DNA from: an uncultured Gemmatimonadales bacterium
Lineage (GTDB): Bacteria > Gemmatimonadota > Gemmatimonadetes > Gemmatimonadales > GWC2-71-9
Direction: 5' to 3'
DNA length: 64,000 bases
NCBI GenBank assembly: GCA_963828735.1
Contig: CAWHFW010000005.1
Location: 320,001-384,000 of the forward strand
Every line of letters starts with the position of its first letter. Position 1 is the stretch's first letter. Shown piece by piece: positions 61,285-64,000 of this stretch. The translations under genes were made by a program, and so were the position numbers. The notes under the pieces were generated by a model. The model was not told where the DNA came from. It was given only the letters and a program-made list of their open reading frames with translations, and did no database searches.

Positions 61285-62354
61285 CGTTCCGCCTGAACGG
61301 CCTCTTGGGTCGCGTGCTGGCGGGCGCCCTCGCGATCGGCGCGCTCGCCACGAACGCCGGGACCGGCGTTCGTGGTTACGTCGACACGGCCGCGCCCGAC
61401 GACACGCTCAGGGCACGCCTGGCCTCGACGACGTCGACCGTGGACCGCGGTCACACGATCGGGGCCATGGTGTTCGGCTACCTGTCGGCGCACGGCCTTC
61501 CGCCCCTCGAAGGCGTCATGACGGTCACGGACACCGGACTGGTCTTCCGATCGGCCGACGGCCGGTACGGGCGGACGCTGCCGGTGGTCGGACCGGTGCG
61601 CCGGTCCGCACAGGGCGCCTGGCGCGCGTCGGCCGTTTCCCTGGCGTATGTAGACGAGTCGCTCGGACGCCCCGCGTACCTGTTCCGCGTCGAAGGCGGC
61701 GTGTTCGAGACCGAGGCGCCGGGCGCACTTCTGCCGCTCGCGGCGCATCCCGCATGGCTCGACAGCCTGGCGTCACGGGAATGGAGCGTGGAGCCGGGCC
61801 TGGTCGGGGCCGACGACGGGGCCGGCGTGTGGTCGCTCCTCAATCACGTCATGAGCGACTCCTACGCTGATTCGCTCTACCGAATCTTCGGCCGACCCGT
61901 GCGCCCGGCGGGATTGGTCGGCGAGCGTGGGCGCGCGGCAGGACGCCTCGGCGAGTACGTGAACTCGCGTGACTCACTCGCCCTCGATCCGGCGCGCATC
62001 ATCAGCGCCGAGCAACTCCGCCACACGCTGGCGCACGAGCTGGCGCACCGGTGGCAGGCGCGCTCGGCCGCGCAACTCGCCATGCTGTGGGCGGGCGTAC
62101 CGGAAATCCGGGACCCGAAACGTTACGGCTACGGCAACGTGAGCGAGCATCAAGCCGAGGCCGCCGCGTTCGCGGTCCATTTCCTTCTGTCGACCGCGAG
62201 CTCACGCGATCCCGCCGCGGAGGCGTCGACGCTCGATCACTACGAGCTGCTGGTGCCCGGCACACGGACGCTCGTGCGTTATTTCGCGCTGCAGCCCATG
62301 TTCGCGCGACATCCGCTCCGCGCCTGGCTGACGGGAGCGTCGGCACAGTCCTAG
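61281..62354 (+). CDS. Secreted hypothetical protein with a C-terminal zincin-like HExxH motif
   Basis: Signal peptide; LAHELAH followed by YG...SEHQAEA (candidate third-ligand Glu). Confidence 0.65.
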   Translation: MTFRLNGLLGRVLAGALAIGALATNAGTGVRGYVDTAAPDDTLRARLASTTSTVDRGHTIGAMVFGYLSAHGLPPLEGVMTVTDTGLVFRSADGRYGRTLPVVGPVRRSAQGAWRASAVSLAYVDESLGRPAYLFRVEGGVFETEAPGALLPLAAHPAWLDSLASREWSVEPGLVGADDGAGVWSLLNHVMSDSYADSLYRIFGRPVRPAGLVGERGRAAGRLGEYVNSRDSLALDPARIISAEQLRHTLAHELAHRWQARSAAQLAMLWAGVPEIRDPKRYGYGNVSEHQAEAAAFAVHFLLSTASSRDPAAEASTLDHYELLVPGTRTLVRYFALQPMFARHPLRAWLTGASAQS

Positions 62355-62380
62355 GATCGCCGCGCCAGGCAAGCGGGATG

Positions 62381-62416
62381 AGACAGAGGCACGCCGACGC
62401 GTGCCTCTGTCTTTTG
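62381..62416 (+). terminator. Intrinsic terminator
   Basis: AGACAGAGGCACGC-cgac-GCGTGCCTCTGTCT followed by TTT. Confidence 0.8.
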
Positions 62417-62595
62417 TAAAGATTTTCCCCCCTCCGCGACGGTGCGCCCCCCCGGCCGATCCGCTTTCCGACTGCCTACGATCTGCCCCGACCGCGTACG
62501 GGGCGTGAGTCCGCCCCAGAAGGTGGTCCTGCGCACAGCCGTATCCGGGTGGCGCCCGTAGTCTGTGTCATGGGCGCCCTCATGGGGAGCGACGA

Positions 62596-62730
62596 ATGCG
62601 CATCACCATCCACTGCCTGGACTGCGGTTTCCGCCTGTCCGTGACACTGCCGGCCAGCGACACCGCTCAGACCGTCATCGACTCGCTGTCCTGCGGCCAG
62701 TGCGGTTGCCGGCGGTGGTCCGCGGCCTGA
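62596..62730 (+). CDS. 44-aa zinc-ribbon microprotein
   Basis: MRITIHCLDCGFRLSVTLPASDTAQTVIDSLSCGQCGCRRWSAA (CxxC-x22-CxxC); GGGGAG SD 6 nt upstream. Confidence 0.6.
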   Translation: MRITIHCLDCGFRLSVTLPASDTAQTVIDSLSCGQCGCRRWSAA

Positions 62731-62746
62731 CCGCCTCCCTCTCGCG

Positions 62747-63187
62747 ATGCCGTTTGGCGTGTCGGACGACGCGGTTCTGCTGCTCCGCATCCTCGTGGCG
62801 GCGGTGTTGGCGGCGGTGGCAGGATGGGATCGAGAACACGCCGGCAAGTCCGCAGGACTCCGCACCCACATGCTCGTGGGGCTCGCGGCCGCGCTGTATA
62901 CCGGGCTCGGCGTTCTCGCGACGGGTGAGGCGGCGGGTTCGACCGGATTGCGCGGCGATCCGGTACGCGTCATCCAGGCGGTGGCGCTCGGCGTCGGGTT
63001 CCTCGGCGGCGGAGCGATCTCCGCCCAGCGAAGCCCCGGACACGTCGTCGGCCTGACCACCGCGGCGTCCATCTGGGCCACCGCGGGGATCGGCATCGCC
63101 GCGGGCTTCGGTCACTTCCTGCTGGCCGCAGGGGCCACGCTGCTCCAGTTCATCGTCCTGCGAGGGCTCGCGCGGTTCGACCGATAG
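62747..63187 (+). CDS. MgtC/SapB-family membrane protein (short form)
   Basis: GWDRE..GKSAGLRTHMLV, DP.RV...V..GVGFLGGGAI, GLTTAASIWATAGIG. Confidence 0.92.
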   Translation: MPFGVSDDAVLLLRILVAAVLAAVAGWDREHAGKSAGLRTHMLVGLAAALYTGLGVLATGEAAGSTGLRGDPVRVIQAVALGVGFLGGGAISAQRSPGHVVGLTTAASIWATAGIGIAAGFGHFLLAAGATLLQFIVLRGLARFDR

Positions 63188-63298
63188 ACGCGACCTCCGC
63201 CATCGCGACACGTGCCTCCGTCGGGGTCGTCGCGTATCTTCTGTTCGCCCCTTCCGCTTCATCGCTGTCCCGCACGTTCCTCCGGTCGGGAGACCGTC

Positions 63299-64000
63299 AT
63301 GCCTCTCTGGCTTCAGGCCGCGGCCACTTTGCCGCACGGCTACTGCCTGCTCTGGCAGCCCGGGCTCATCTGGCTGCACGCCGGATCCGACGCGTTGATC
63401 GGCGCCGCGTACGTGACCATCCCGCTCACGCTCGCCCATTTCCTGCGTCAGCGACGAGACCTTCCGTTCAACTGGATGGTCTGGTGCTTCGTCACCTTCA
63501 TCCTCGCGTGCGGGGCGACCCACTGGCTCGGCGTGTTGAACATCTGGGTGCCGACCTGGGGGTTCACCGGCAGCGTGAAGGCGCTGACGGCGCTCGCCTC
63601 GGTACCCACCGCGATACTGCTTGGCCGCCTCGTTCCCCAAATGGTGGCCATTCCCAGTCCGTCGCAGCTCCAGCGCATCAACGACACCCTCGCGTCGGAG
63701 ATTGCCGAGCGGCGAAACGTCGAGGAGCAGCTCCGCCAGGCCCAGGCGGAACTGGAGCGGCGGGTCGAGGAGCGCACCGCGGAGCTCGCGGCGGCCAATG
63801 CCTCGCTCCGGCTGCTCGAGTCCGCCGTGCAGCAGGCCAGCGACGCCGTCACCATCACGACGTCGGAGCTGGACCGGCCGGGCCCACGAATCGTGTACGC
63901 CAATCCCGCGTTCACCAAGATCACCGGCTACCCCCTCGACGATGTGCTGGGCCGGACGCCGCGACTGCTCCAGGGGCCAAAAACGGAGCGATCGGTGCTC
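63299..64000 (+). CDS. Sensor protein with an ETR1-type ethylene-binding membrane domain, coiled coil and PAS (truncated by the window end; probably a histidine kinase)
   Basis: Manual translation: PHGYCLLW.PGLIWLH..SDALIGAAYVTIP...FILACGATHW...VKALTALAS; LERRVEERTAEL; PAS DAVTIT...IVYANPAF..ITGY...GRTPRLLQG. Confidence 0.85.
   Translation, partial: MPLWLQAAATLPHGYCLLWQPGLIWLHAGSDALIGAAYVTIPLTLAHFLRQRRDLPFNWMVWCFVTFILACGATHWLGVLNIWVPTWGFTGSVKALTALASVPTAILLGRLVPQMVAIPSPSQLQRINDTLASEIAERRNVEEQLRQAQAELERRVEERTAELAAANASLRLLESAVQQASDAVTITTSELDRPGPRIVYANPAFTKITGYPLDDVLGRTPRLLQGPKTERSVL

Overview
High-GC bacterial chromosomal window, probably Gemmatimonadota (inferred from SusC/SusD genes in a very GC-rich diderm; not confirmed by a marker gene). 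It is mostly housekeeping. Left to right: an ATGA-coupled PIG-L deacetylase / Fe3+-type ABC / MFS operon; acnA; a group-2-like sigma70 factor; pntA and a heavily frameshifted pntB; a TIGR03545/TIGR03546-type pair; thrABC; a PQQ-type dehydrogenase; a SWIB protein with an H1-like tail; ettA; a glgP-glgA-2xGH57 glycogen cluster; tandem c-type cytochromes; aguBA; SusC/SusD; hutUI; a cupredoxin and an ECF module; OmpA; FKBP; tRNA-Pro(GGG); an MFS; MltD; MgtC. No integrase, transposase or CRISPR array was seen. The best candidate for an undescribed system is 50036-54365: three paralogous Cys-free secreted pilin-like subunits, a PapD-like chaperone and an unusually short usher-like outer-membrane protein, behind a sigma54-like promoter, i.e. 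a divergent chaperone-usher-type fibre. Other notable items are a helically phased TTCC-GAG-GGAA array upstream of the SWIB gene, a stand-alone annealase-like gene with a near-consensus promoter and structured leader, an ETR1-type ethylene-binding sensor at the right edge, two small ORFs, a dispersed GGGGCATG hairpin family and many apparently leaderless genes. All family assignments come from motif recognition by eye, not from database searches.
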